Source: Candidatus Poribacteria bacterium (lineage in GTDB: Bacteria > Poribacteria > WGA-4E > WGA-3G). From it: DNA of 64,000 nucleotides. The position numbers were made by a program, and so were the translations under genes. This document shows, in pieces, positions 19,834 to 29,652 of this stretch. Each line of letters opens with the position of its first letter. Positions within the stretch are counted from its first letter, which is position 1. Location: assembly GCA_965242965.1 (NCBI GenBank), contig OZ251518.1:2144001-2208000 (forward strand), read 5' to 3'. A model generated the notes under the pieces. The model was not told where the DNA came from. It made no database searches and saw nothing but the letters and a program-made list of their open reading frames with translations.

Positions 19834-21336
19834 CTATTCTCTGTAGTCTGCCAATAGAGTCAAGATTTCCTCGCAGTATGCCTCAAGGGTTTTCCGCTCA
19901 TGAGGTTGGAGAATATCGCGGTTATGCGCCAAAGGATTTCTGCACCTCACAAGCATCTGCTTCCGTTGCTCCCAGTAATTGGTGTCGCGCCCAAAGATTG
20001 ACGAAAAGTGTGTTGCCCACAATCCTTTCGCGCAGATAATCGTAAACAGCTCTGCAGGGTAGGTAAAATCAATCAAATTTTGCGAGGCTCTATCTCCAAA
20101 CGATTTTTCCTCTTTCTGCTGTGTTTTCCGGCACCTCTCAAAAATGTCCGCTAAGTTGCGCCATCCTTTCCCCAATTCTTCAATCCAACCTTCTCCATAG
20201 GCATTGGACATAGTAGTTGTGATTACGTTGCGAAGGGCTTTCTCAGTATCTCTCCAAATCGGCCATAACGCTGCATCGAATTCAGGTTTCCGTTCTAGGA
20301 GTCTCAGGTAATCTTGGAAGTGTTCGGCGTAGGCAACATAAATACCTTTTTCGCTGGCTCTGATCAGGCCGTAGTTTGCGAGTTCAGTCACATCAGGTGG
20401 CTTGATATCAACAGCCGGTCCAAAAAGAATTTGGAGCAATTTGCTCAAGGTGCCTTCCTCTTGCATTAACCGAGCCATGTCGTCGTAATGCTCAGAGACA
20501 GACTGGCTAATAGTCTTTGCAGCTTTGTCTACATCAATTTCCTGATTCTGCCGCAAACTCTCAACGATTTCGCATCCTAACATTTCAAGGAGATAGGGAT
20601 GTGCGCCGCAATAGAACAACACACGTTCCCTGAATGCATCCGATGTTGATATCCCCACAGGCGAAAATTGCGCGAAGTATGCTTCCAAGTCCTCGTCGTT
20701 AAACATGGCTAACCGTTGGACCTGGAAAATGTTATGAAATGGAGAAGAAGAACCGGCTTGACGTTCAATATCTCCAATGTTCCGACGCGCGGTGAGCACG
20801 AGAGATAGCCGGTAATCTGGATAATCAGCCAATTCGCGTAAACGCTGAAAGGCAGTCTCTCCTTTAAAAAGATTTCGCGCGGCATCAAATTCGTCAAGCA
20901 CGAAAAGAGTGCCGTATCCAGCGTCTTGGACTTTCTTAAAGAAACGTTTAATTCGGTCCCACGTGGCGTTGACTTCCAGCGCGCGGTCGGCTGCACGCTG
21001 GATCTCTGGTGTGAGCCAATCTAAGTCTTCCAATTCTTGGACAGATTCCTCCACGAGCGCACGGAAGAAATCAGACGACTCATCGTAGGAAGCAAGTCCC
21101 ATCCATATTGGCAAGATCTTCTTGGCGATGAGCGTCTCTTTCTGCTCCATAACTGTTTTGTAAGCGAGGCTGCTTTTGCCGATGCGATGCACGCCAATAA
21201 TGGCGAGGTTACCCGGATTATGGGGACAGATAATCCGGTTTTCAATATCCGTTATCAACGCTGTCCGGCCGATGAAGCGTTCTCCATGAACCATTTTACC
21301 GTAATCCGCAAATGGGTTTTCAAAATTGTAACGCAT
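19834..21336 (-). CDS. STAND/AAA-like NTPase with C-terminal Swt1-like HEPN domain
   Basis: NPF...FIGR, Walker A GVHRIGKSS, Walker B FVLDEFD, GAHPYLL; C-terminal EKALR...RNPLAH (RxxxxH). Confidence 0.8.
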   Translation of the reverse strand: MRYNFENPFADYGKMVHGERFIGRTALITDIENRIICPHNPGNLAIIGVHRIGKSSLAYKTVMEQKETLIAKKILPIWMGLASYDESSDFFRALVEESVQELEDLDWLTPEIQRAADRALEVNATWDRIKRFFKKVQDAGYGTLFVLDEFDAARNLFKGETAFQRLRELADYPDYRLSLVLTARRNIGDIERQAGSSSPFHNIFQVQRLAMFNDEDLEAYFAQFSPVGISTSDAFRERVLFYCGAHPYLLEMLGCEIVESLRQNQEIDVDKAAKTISQSVSEHYDDMARLMQEEGTLSKLLQILFGPAVDIKPPDVTELANYGLIRASEKGIYVAYAEHFQDYLRLLERKPEFDAALWPIWRDTEKALRNVITTTMSNAYGEGWIEELGKGWRNLADIFERCRKTQQKEEKSFGDRASQNLIDFTYPAELFTIICAKGLWATHFSSIFGRDTNYWEQRKQMLVRCRNPLAHNRDILQPHERKTLEAYCEEILTLLADYRE

Positions 21337-21348
21337 TTCGTTCTCCCT

Positions 21349-22944
21349 TCATCCGTTAACGATAAGCCACTCTTTGAACAGCCCTACCTTAATTTGATAA
21401 GATTGCTCGCGCCGTTCAACGACATCGCGTTTCACGAGATCATTGAGAATTGTATCAACAGGCAAATGCGTTTCGCAGACAATGGTATCACGATGACAAG
21501 GGCCCGCTTTGCTATTGTCTGCGATAACTTTCAGAACTCTTAACGCGTCTTCATCTGATATTGCATCCGCTGAGGTATCCCCCGAATTGATAAGGTTATC
21601 AAACTTATCTAAACCGAGGGCATTTACCCCACTTATCAGTTCATTTTTGACATGTTCCACATCCGCCTCTGTTACCAAAGCTGCACGCTTGCGATTCATG
21701 TATTCAACGAGCCGGTTGCAAATGATTTGAATGTAGAACGGGCTGCCCGCGGTGAGTGCTAAAATCCGTTCAATTGCTTGCTCTCGATAGCGACTTGCGC
21801 CTTGCCGCCCGCCGATGCGTATCGGTTCGTCGACAAGTCTCCGGGCATCTTCCAGTGTAAGGTAGGTAACGCGTTCATCTTGTGTTGTGCCAAATTCGTT
21901 AGGAAAGCGTTCCTTAAACTTTGGCATCACATCCTGTCCTACCAACACGGCACTGAAGTAGTTTGCCTGCAACAGAGCCTTCCAGTTTTGCATGAACGAC
22001 CCGGGAATCTTGCCTGCAACGATGCGTTCGTAGATATATTGGAACTCATCTATGAGGAGCACAGCCCGGACACCACGCCACTCCTCATGACGAGCGACTT
22101 GACGTTTCAACCTCTCAAAGGTATCTTGAAAGCATTGCAGGGGGGCCGGATGCCCATAGAATTCACTATCGTCGGGAATAAGAAGATTTAATGAACTAAA
22201 ACCTTCATCAACCCGGTCTTCAATCGCGAATTCCAGCACGGTGATGATGCGCTTAAGAATTTGGTGTAGCAGTGGGACATGGGAACTTTCGTCCTGAACA
22301 GACCCGAGATTTCCCAAATCAAGGATAAGCAGGTTCCTATCTTTCTGCAGTGACTCCTTTAAGTGATGCAAAACCGAGGATTTGCCAGACCGTTTTTGCC
22401 CGAATACTACGACACACTTGCTCCCCGAGCGAGATTCTTGGATAGCATGCGCGATGTTTTGGATAAGTTCTTCACGCCCAAAAAACATCTGGGCATCTCC
22501 AACAATCCCTCCTTCGGCATAAGCGGCATACGGATTTTCAATTTCCTCAAACTCGTCTTCAGAATATAACCGAATAGAGAGGTTCTCGACAGGCGTTTTT
22601 TCTTCCCTTTTCGCGCGAGTCCGATACCGAGCATAAACAGGTAAAGAGAAGGTTTGTGCTCTTGAAGTTTCATGAGTTAATTGCAAAGGGACTTCTAGGA
22701 TGGACAGAGCACCGCTCTGACTTGGAGTAGGTTCTGAAAAACCAGACTCATCACCCAGATTATCCAGACGCTGAACAGCAATGATGGCCTCCACCAAAAT
22801 TGTTGCTTCGCCTTTTGCTCCGTCCAAGGTGATATGATCTTGCCCGATTTCTGTGAGGATTCCTGAGACTTGATCGCCTGTTGTTAGCGTGCAACTGATT
22901 CGGCTACCAATCTGAGCCTTCTTTTGAATTAATTGTGTCCGCAT
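21349..22944 (-). CDS. STAND/AAA-like NTPase with N-terminal Sm/LSm-like domain and C-terminal winged helix
   Basis: NPY...FFGRE, Walker A GQKRSGKSS, Walker B LLIDEFQ, AGSPFYIQ; N-terminal GDQVSGILTEIGQDHITL pattern; start uncertain (22944-22959). Confidence 0.75.
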   Translation of the reverse strand: MRTQLIQKKAQIGSRISCTLTTGDQVSGILTEIGQDHITLDGAKGEATILVEAIIAVQRLDNLGDESGFSEPTPSQSGALSILEVPLQLTHETSRAQTFSLPVYARYRTRAKREEKTPVENLSIRLYSEDEFEEIENPYAAYAEGGIVGDAQMFFGREELIQNIAHAIQESRSGSKCVVVFGQKRSGKSSVLHHLKESLQKDRNLLILDLGNLGSVQDESSHVPLLHQILKRIITVLEFAIEDRVDEGFSSLNLLIPDDSEFYGHPAPLQCFQDTFERLKRQVARHEEWRGVRAVLLIDEFQYIYERIVAGKIPGSFMQNWKALLQANYFSAVLVGQDVMPKFKERFPNEFGTTQDERVTYLTLEDARRLVDEPIRIGGRQGASRYREQAIERILALTAGSPFYIQIICNRLVEYMNRKRAALVTEADVEHVKNELISGVNALGLDKFDNLINSGDTSADAISDEDALRVLKVIADNSKAGPCHRDTIVCETHLPVDTILNDLVKRDVVERREQSYQIKVGLFKEWLIVNG

Positions 22945-23493
22945 AACCATCACCTTCACAACCTATAACATTACTAGGGCATTCGGGGGCGTGGCAAGAT
23001 GCCACGCCTCTAACTCTACGGAGTTGCAGTACCGAATCTAGCCTGCAAGTTGACTACCTCCGGCTTCAAGCCTCGTAACTCACGCCAGCGAAACCTGCAC
23101 GTAAGTCTTTACTAAATTGATGCGATGCGATATTTCATGCACAACGGTGGGGGTGAGTGCCAACTATCGCCTCGGCAGAATTCCAACCCCGGGCATCTCG
23201 CGCAACGCATTTAACATAGGGATTACGCAAAATGGCTCAGGCGAGTAAAACGCGCCTAACGAAACTCGCGCAATCTTCCTCATCTTTTCCAACCCATAAC
23301 CGTAGCGAAACAGCTGATGCAACATGACAAAGTTTTTTCTGCATCCCTGGAAACGCTTTATCACTTATGCGGACACACCTCACAACCAATCATTACCGAT
23401 GTAGATAGGTTTGCCGAACACACTTTATGAGGTGGCATACTTTTAATCATACCACTTCTCAAACCCGATGTCAAATTTTTCGCGTTTGCGGCA

Positions 23494-24189
23494 TTATTGA
23501 GACATGCCAACCCGGCCATCCGCCATCTGCAACTGCTTCGCGACGATAGTTTTCAAAAGCTGCACGATGGCTTCGGCTTCAAAAATCCCGTGGTATTCGC
23601 GCGAACATTCCGCTGTGAACGTCGGTTTCTCGGTGTCAATATCCAACACGATACCGCGAACGAAATTCCAACTGCCAGAAACAGCATAGCACCCAAAAAT
23701 CTCTTGCTCGCCATTCGACGGTTCCGCGCCATTTTCCCAATTAAGACGCGAAGCAGCGAGCATTTGCCCGTAAAGTTGCACCTGCGGGTCTGGTGCATTC
23801 ACCCCGCGTTTTGCCTCGTAGACAATGAAATAAGGGTGACGAGGCTTCCCCGCGGCAGCAGGCGCGAGTGCACCATCTGCCACCCCCTCCAATTGAAAGC
23901 TCGGATAGGTGGCTCGCAACGGAACGCCTGTCCACGCGCGAATGTAAGCGTGTTCTGCAAGGACTAATAGCGGATAAATGGCACGCGCCCAAAGCGTGCT
24001 TTCATTCAAAACTACTAGGTTGAGATTCCGCAAAATGGACTTGTGATAGTCAATCTGGGCGACTTCTGCGGCAGTTAAGCCTTCTTCCTGTAAGGCATCC
24101 CAGTTGTCAGACGTATCTATCTGGATATGGAGTTCCACAAGTTCCCTGAGTATTTCTTCGGATAATTCTGAAAAACTGTAGGTTTTCAT
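23494..24189 (-). CDS. Hypothetical protein, PD-(D/E)xK nuclease-like (copy 1)
   Basis: NE..L, G.ADG, YEAKRG, QLYGQMLAA, FGCY...W.F. Confidence 0.7.
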   Translation of the reverse strand: MKTYSFSELSEEILRELVELHIQIDTSDNWDALQEEGLTAAEVAQIDYHKSILRNLNLVVLNESTLWARAIYPLLVLAEHAYIRAWTGVPLRATYPSFQLEGVADGALAPAAAGKPRHPYFIVYEAKRGVNAPDPQVQLYGQMLAASRLNWENGAEPSNGEQEIFGCYAVSGSWNFVRGIVLDIDTEKPTFTAECSREYHGIFEAEAIVQLLKTIVAKQLQMADGRVGMSQ

Positions 24190-24213
24190 GGTTTATGTCC
24201 TCCCTTTTGAGAT

Positions 24214-24326
24214 CGCGAGGGACAGGCCCTCGCGCTACGGTGAAGACGGCGATAGTTGGGTTCGCGAGGGACAGGCCCTCGCGCTACGGTGACTGAGAGC
24301 ACGCGAGGGACAGGCACACGCCCTAC
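24214..24326. repeat. Direct-repeat REP array (CGCGAGGGACAGGCCCTCGCGCTAC)
   Basis: Three units between the duplicated genes. Confidence 0.85.
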
Positions 24327-24985
24327 GGAAACTGCTTCGTGACGATAGTTTTCAGAATTTGCACGATGGCTTCAGCCTCAAAAATCCCGTTGTAGACGCG
24401 CGAAAATACAGCGGTGAACGTCGGTTTCTCGGTGTCAATGCCGCCGACGATACCGCGCACAAAAGTCCAACTTTCAGAGACAGCATAGCACCCGAAAATT
24501 TCTTGTTCCGCGGGTGGTTCTGTCATGTCTTTCCAATTGAGCCATGCGGCGGCGAGCATTTGGCCATAGAGTTGCACCTGCGGGTCTGGGGCATTTACGC
24601 CGCGCTTTGCCTCATAAACGATGAAATAAGGTTGACAGGGTTTCCCCGCGGCAGCAGGCGCGAGGGCACCATCTGCCGTCCCTTCCAATTGAAAACTCGG
24701 ATAGGTGGCTTTCAGCGGAACGCTTGTCCATGCTTGAATATCGGCGTGTTCTGCGAGGACTAACAACGGATAAATGGCGCGCGCCCAAAGCGTGCCTTCG
24801 TTCATGACGACGAAGTTCCTTTCACGCAAGATGGACTTGAGATAATCAATCTGGGAGGTTTCTGCCGGTGTTAAGTGGGGTTTCTGCATGCTTTCCCATT
24901 CGCTAGAAATGCCTCGCTGGATGTGAAGTGTTACGAGCTCCCGGAACGTTTCTTCGGATAACTCTGAAAAACTGTAGGTTTTCAC
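24323..24985 (-). CDS. Hypothetical protein, PD-(D/E)xK nuclease-like (copy 2)
   Basis: Paralogue of 23494-24189 with the same leader and N-terminus; GTG start. Confidence 0.7.
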   Translation of the reverse strand: MKTYSFSELSEETFRELVTLHIQRGISSEWESMQKPHLTPAETSQIDYLKSILRERNFVVMNEGTLWARAIYPLLVLAEHADIQAWTSVPLKATYPSFQLEGTADGALAPAAAGKPCQPYFIVYEAKRGVNAPDPQVQLYGQMLAAAWLNWKDMTEPPAEQEIFGCYAVSESWTFVRGIVGGIDTEKPTFTAVFSRVYNGIFEAEAIVQILKTIVTKQFP

Positions 24986-25008
24986 GGTTTATGTCCTCCC
25001 TTTTGAGA

Positions 25009-25270
25009 TCGCGAGGGACAGGCCCTCGCGCTACGGTGAAGGCGGCGATAGTTGGGGCCGCGAGGGACAGGCCCTCGCGCTACGGTGAAGACGGCGATAG
25101 TTGGAGTCGCGAGGGACAGGCCCTCGCGCTACGGTGACCGAGAGCACGCGAGGGACAGGCCCTCGCGCTACGGATAAGGCGATGCTAGTTGGGTTCGCGA
25201 GGGACAGGCCCTCGCGCTACGGTGAAGACGGCGATAGTTGGGTTCGCGAGGGACAGGCACACGCCCTACG
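25009..25270. repeat. Direct-repeat REP array (6 units)
   Basis: Same unit and spacers as 24214-24326. Confidence 0.85.
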
Positions 25271-25285
25271 GGTTAAAGAGGTTCC

Positions 25286-26755
25286 CTAACTATACCCCTG
25301 CGCCTGATATTGTTCCAACAACACAGTCAACCGTTGGACAATTTCCGGACGGACATCCCACAGATTGCACGTCTCACCCGGGTCATCGTAGAGATGATAG
25401 AGCTGTCCCGGCGTTCCCGGCTCCGGTCTGCCGTCACGCGGGGGAGGCCAGCCGCCTGAACCTTGCGTCCCTAAAATCAATTTCCACTCGCGATGCCGAA
25501 TGGAAAAAACACCGGTGCTAGAATGATGCACGACAGACTCCCGCAGCGGATGCGCCGTTTCTTCGCCTAATAACGCGGGCAAGATATTGCAGCTGTCCTG
25601 TCCGGCATTGTCGGGAACTTCTGTGCCGACGATAGCGGCGCACGTCGCCATCAAATCAGTGAGGCAGGTGAGCGCATCGGTTGACGTGTTCGGCGTGATG
25701 ACACCGGGCCAGCGTGCAATCAACGGTTCGCGATGCCCGCCTTCCCAAATATGCGCCTTGTAACCGCGCCAGTCTCCGCATGACTTATGCTCGTAGAGAT
25801 GATACGGCATGGGACTCGTATCGCCTCGGATTCTGTCGCCGGGGAGCGCGCCGTTATCACTCGTGACGAAAATGAGCGTGTCATCGGTTTTGCCGGTGCG
25901 TTCCAACGCCGCCATTACTTGTCCCACCATCCAATCAACGAGCCAAACCAGATCGCCGCGAGGCCCGGCACTGCTTTGTCCTCGTGCGAAGTCTGGCACG
26001 ACTGCCTCTGTGCACGGTTCATGCGGCGCGGAAGGAGTGAGATAGAGGAAGAAGGGTGCATCCGCCTCGGATTGTCCTTCAATGTATTCCACTGCCTTTT
26101 GCGCGATACTCGGGTCGGCGTTTTTATGTTCCCAACTCGGTGCCATCATGCCGGGACGACTCGTAAACTCTGGGACCTCGTGATAGACGTTGGGGATTTC
26201 CACAAACGCGTCATTCTCTATGAAGCCGTAGGGAGGCTGGCAGGTGGGGCATCCGGCGTTGCCGTAGAAATAGTCAAAGCCTAAATCAACGGGACCGCCT
26301 GTTAACGGCGCGGTGAAGTCAATATGTTCCTCTAGTTCGCGGCTGGCGTTCCCCCACGGTAGCGGCGAGTTAAAATCGTAATCGTAACCGGGCACCGTTG
26401 AAAAGCCGAGCCCTAGGTGCCATTTGCCGACGCATGCGGTGTTGTAACCAGCACTTTTCAGCAGGCTTGCTACCGTTGCGCGTTCCGGCTCAATGAGCGG
26501 CGGTTCATAGCCGTAAAGCACGCCGTGTTTGAGGCGGCTTCGCCAGCAGTATCTACCGGTGAGGACACCGTATCGGGTGGGCGTGCAGACAGCGGAGGGA
26601 GAATGCGCGTCGGTGAAGCGGATTCCCTCCCGCGCGAGTTTGTCCATATTCGGCGTTGGAATTTTCGAGTCGGAGTTATAGCATCCGACATCGCCGTATC
26701 CCATATCGTCCGCCATGATAAAAACGATGTTTGGAGGTGAAGTTTGCTTTTGCAT
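25286..26755 (-). CDS. Arylsulfatase (ArsA-like)
   Basis: PNIVFIMADDMGYGD, CTPTRYGVLTG, GKWHLG, TSDNG, EGGHR.P. Confidence 0.93.
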   Translation of the reverse strand: MQKQTSPPNIVFIMADDMGYGDVGCYNSDSKIPTPNMDKLAREGIRFTDAHSPSAVCTPTRYGVLTGRYCWRSRLKHGVLYGYEPPLIEPERATVASLLKSAGYNTACVGKWHLGLGFSTVPGYDYDFNSPLPWGNASRELEEHIDFTAPLTGGPVDLGFDYFYGNAGCPTCQPPYGFIENDAFVEIPNVYHEVPEFTSRPGMMAPSWEHKNADPSIAQKAVEYIEGQSEADAPFFLYLTPSAPHEPCTEAVVPDFARGQSSAGPRGDLVWLVDWMVGQVMAALERTGKTDDTLIFVTSDNGALPGDRIRGDTSPMPYHLYEHKSCGDWRGYKAHIWEGGHREPLIARWPGVITPNTSTDALTCLTDLMATCAAIVGTEVPDNAGQDSCNILPALLGEETAHPLRESVVHHSSTGVFSIRHREWKLILGTQGSGGWPPPRDGRPEPGTPGQLYHLYDDPGETCNLWDVRPEIVQRLTVLLEQYQAQGYS

Positions 26756-26777
26756 AGTTTGAACGAGATATCCTTCA

Positions 26778-27845
26778 TCACTTTTGGAATTTCGCCTTTA
26801 ATTCCGCCAGTTCATTCTCAATGGACGCTTCTTCGGCATAACCGGCGAATTCCCGTTCACGTTTGGCATCCGTGAAATCAACATCCGCTTCCGCCGCTGC
26901 CTTTGCCAAAGTGGATGCATCGGATACGTCCTGCTCCATCTTTTCAAGCAGTTCAAACGCTCTGTTATCCTGAACTTCTTCCAGCATCTGCCGGAGATGT
27001 TCGTGCGCATTGACGTTTGTGTGCTGCGCGATGACGACATCTCGCTTTCGCTGAGTCTCCGCCGTTTTTTGCTGGAGTGTCTCTAATAGTGCAGTGAGTT
27101 GCGCGACGATTTGTTGCTGCTCCGTCCATTGCGCTTTATATCGGCTTGCGAGTTGTCGGTATTCGTTGCGCCGTTTCAGGTCTTCGCGTGCCAGGTCTTC
27201 GCGGTCGGCTTGGATAGCGATAGTGGCGCGTTCTTCGCACCGTTCGGCTTGCGCGAGCGCGCCTTCATAAGCATCCCGCAACTGCTTTTCTATGCCAATA
27301 GATGCATCCACTTTCTGTCGCGCTTCAGTCAGTTGATTCGTCATTTCAAGAATGGCATCGTCTAGCACACTTTCTGGTTCTTCGGTTTCGGGAACTTCTA
27401 CTTCCTCCGGTTCTGGTTCCGCTTCCACAACAACCGTGCGCGCCAACTTATCCCCGAGTCTTTGCCGCTTTTGCCCGAAGGACCAGATCAGATCGAGAGG
27501 TTGGAGAACTAGGCCGGTAAAACGGCGCACGAACGCATCTTTGAAGGTGCAAGGTTCGCCATCTTTGAGTCGGACTACCCGCAGCGACAGCAGCCTTTTG
27601 CCGAAACCCTGTCCGTTTCTGAGTCCGTCCATAAAGAGTGCGCCGAATGTCCACAACGCAAAAGATGCACCCGAAAAAAGGATAGATGCCGCGTCGTCGG
27701 ACATATCGTAATGCAGCAATGCAGCTAACATAAGCAACATCATTTGGACTGCAAATAACAACGCGCCATCAATGAAGAGCGCGACGGTGCGTGCCATTCG
27801 GGAACCCAAGGTGAACTTTTTTCCGGCAATTTTGATAGTCGGCAT
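26778..27845 (-). CDS. RDD-domain / PspA(IM30) fusion protein
   Basis: R..A..ID, GKRLLSLRVV, QRLGDKLARTVVV, then P...LD..I.EM, A..A....REDLARE.L, IENELAELKA. Confidence 0.8.
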   Translation of the reverse strand: MPTIKIAGKKFTLGSRMARTVALFIDGALLFAVQMMLLMLAALLHYDMSDDAASILFSGASFALWTFGALFMDGLRNGQGFGKRLLSLRVVRLKDGEPCTFKDAFVRRFTGLVLQPLDLIWSFGQKRQRLGDKLARTVVVEAEPEPEEVEVPETEEPESVLDDAILEMTNQLTEARQKVDASIGIEKQLRDAYEGALAQAERCEERATIAIQADREDLAREDLKRRNEYRQLASRYKAQWTEQQQIVAQLTALLETLQQKTAETQRKRDVVIAQHTNVNAHEHLRQMLEEVQDNRAFELLEKMEQDVSDASTLAKAAAEADVDFTDAKREREFAGYAEEASIENELAELKAKFQK

Positions 27846-28010
27846 GAGCAATTTCCTCCGAGAGGGATGCGTGCGCTCGCGCTGCGTCGGGCGAAGGAGT
27901 TAGCGCGTTCGCTCGGGTTCAGTGTCGGCGCGGACCGGTTTCTGCTGAAATTTCGTCTTTCAATATAGAGACTCCAACCGGCAAAAAGGATAGTAACATT
28001 CTGCTTTCCC

Positions 28011-28252
28011 GGTAGGAGAGACCTCCAGGTCTCGATGCAACCTCCCCGTAGGAGAGACCTCCCGGTCTCGATTTCTGCCGCCCGCTGTCTGCAATTCAGG
28101 AGCAGGTGCTCCTGAACTACAGGCGGCGCGCACCCGAGCCCTGTAGTTCGGGTGCGCCTGCACCCGAACAGGTTAAGGTATCTCCTAGCCAGCGGGCATC
28201 GAGACCAGGAGGTCTCTCCTACTTAGAGCCATCGAGACCGGGGCGCGCCTAC
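28011..28252. repeat. REP array (GAGACC and TTCGGG hairpin families)
   Basis: GTAGGAGAGACC..GGTCTCGAT and GTAGTTCGGGTGC..GCACCCGAAC units. Confidence 0.8.
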
Positions 28253-28274
28253 CTCTCATCCTCAAGAACTTGAT

Positions 28275-28535
28275 TCACCGGAAAGAAGCATCGCTGATGT
28301 GCACATTTACCGGTGGCGGGCCGCCGAGTTCAATATCCATCAGCACAGGAATTGAGGCTGGCGGCGGAACAGCCGTTCCTTCCGCCTGTAGTGCCTCAAT
28401 GTGGAGTTGAATCGCTTCCACAATCAAGGTGCGCACCTCGTCCAAGTTCTCGCCGACAGCGACGCAGCCGGGCAAGTCTGGGAGGTAAGCACCGTAACTC
28501 TCCTCGCCTTTTTCAAAAATGACGACATATTGCAT
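28275..28535 (-). CDS. HicB-family antitoxin (no adjacent hicA)
   Basis: Y.VIFE...YGAYLPDLPGCVAVGE...EAIQLHIE.L...G..VP. Confidence 0.85.
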   Translation of the reverse strand: MQYVVIFEKGEESYGAYLPDLPGCVAVGENLDEVRTLIVEAIQLHIEALQAEGTAVPPPASIPVLMDIELGGPPPVNVHISDASFR

Positions 28536-28543
28536 GGCATTCT

Positions 28544-29602
28544 CTACAACTGCGGCACCGTCACTGCCACCTCGCGGCCGCCGTTTTCAGAGGAGTCAAT
28601 AACTCCCTGAATGATAACGTTGGTAAGCATCACGCCGTAAGGTTCAATAGGCGACGGTTTGCCCTCGCGCACGGCATCGACAAACGCTGCGTCTTCCGCC
28701 CGGAACACGTCAACCGATTCAAATTCGGTGAATTCCTCGTCGTGGATTTCGCCATCTTTATCGCCATAGACGCGCACGCCGTCTTGCGGCCCACGCACTT
28801 CGCCGATGCCGAGTCGGAGTCCCGCCTTTTTACCGAGGAAAATCGTGCCGCCGAGGGAGTCCATGTTCATGCACCAGCATGTCTTGAATACCATCCGCGC
28901 GCCGTTTTCAAACACCACCCAGCCGATGCCGAAATCCTCCACTTCTGTCTCGCGCAACGCCGGATTCCATGTGTTGTTCAAGCTGAGGTAGTTGGAGGTA
29001 ATGCCTGACACCGCGACCGGCTTGGGATGCCCCATCAGGTAAAGTGCCGTGTCCAACGCATAAACGCCGATGTCCGCTGACGCGCCAAGCCCGGCTGTCG
29101 CTTTGCGGATGAAGCTGCCGCCGGGATTGCCGCGCCGTCTATCCGCCACGGTTTCAACGTAGTAAATATCGCCGAGGGTGCCAGCGTCAACGATTTCCTT
29201 CGCTTTGATGACTTGCGCGGAATAGCGGAGTTTGAGTCCTACCATCAAGATTTTATCGTTTTCTTGTGAAGCGCGCCACATCGCGGCGGCCGCGTCCAGC
29301 GTCGCCTCCATCGGCTTTTCGCAGAAGACATGTTTGCCGGCGTTCAGCGAAGCGACGGTGGGCGCGGCATGCACACCAGTCGGCGTGCAGACGTAGACAG
29401 CCTCAATCTCGTCCATTTTGAGCATTTCGTTGTAGTCGCTAAACGTGTGTTTGATACCCCACCGTTCTTTCGCGCGTTCCAAGTTTGCAGGGACAAGATC
29501 TGCCGCGGCGATAATCTCTGCGCCATCAATGTTCGCGAGCGTTCCGCAGTGTGCCTGCGCGATGCCGCCCGCACCAATTAACCCAAGTTTGACTGTTCTC
29601 AT
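28544..29602 (-). CDS. Gfo/Idh/MocA family oxidoreductase
   Basis: LIGAGGIA, VCTP, GKHVFCEKP, DIGVY.LD. Confidence 0.92.
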   Translation of the reverse strand: MRTVKLGLIGAGGIAQAHCGTLANIDGAEIIAAADLVPANLERAKERWGIKHTFSDYNEMLKMDEIEAVYVCTPTGVHAAPTVASLNAGKHVFCEKPMEATLDAAAAMWRASQENDKILMVGLKLRYSAQVIKAKEIVDAGTLGDIYYVETVADRRRGNPGGSFIRKATAGLGASADIGVYALDTALYLMGHPKPVAVSGITSNYLSLNNTWNPALRETEVEDFGIGWVVFENGARMVFKTCWCMNMDSLGGTIFLGKKAGLRLGIGEVRGPQDGVRVYGDKDGEIHDEEFTEFESVDVFRAEDAAFVDAVREGKPSPIEPYGVMLTNVIIQGVIDSSENGGREVAVTVPQL

Positions 29603-29652
29603 TTTATCTCCTATCGGGACCTGAAGGGCCACCTATCGGTTCTATTTTATGT

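Noticed and set aside
22985-23020. Group II intron domain VI or tmRNA-like end
   Set aside because: No domain V, no reverse transcriptase ORF and no tmRNA/tRNA loops
23164-23364. 66-aa ORF upstream of the NTPase pair
   Set aside because: No recognisable motif or clear SD; cannot be supported as a gene
25009-25270. CRISPR-like regularly spaced direct repeats (also 24214-24326 and 36398-36590)
   Set aside because: Spacers are short and repeat one another, the unit is the dispersed GTAG REP, and no cas genes are present
23494-28535. Integron-like cassette array with hairpins as attC sites
   Set aside because: No integrase seen, no RYYYAAC/GTTRRRY boxes noted, and the same repeats separate core genes such as pheS and pheT
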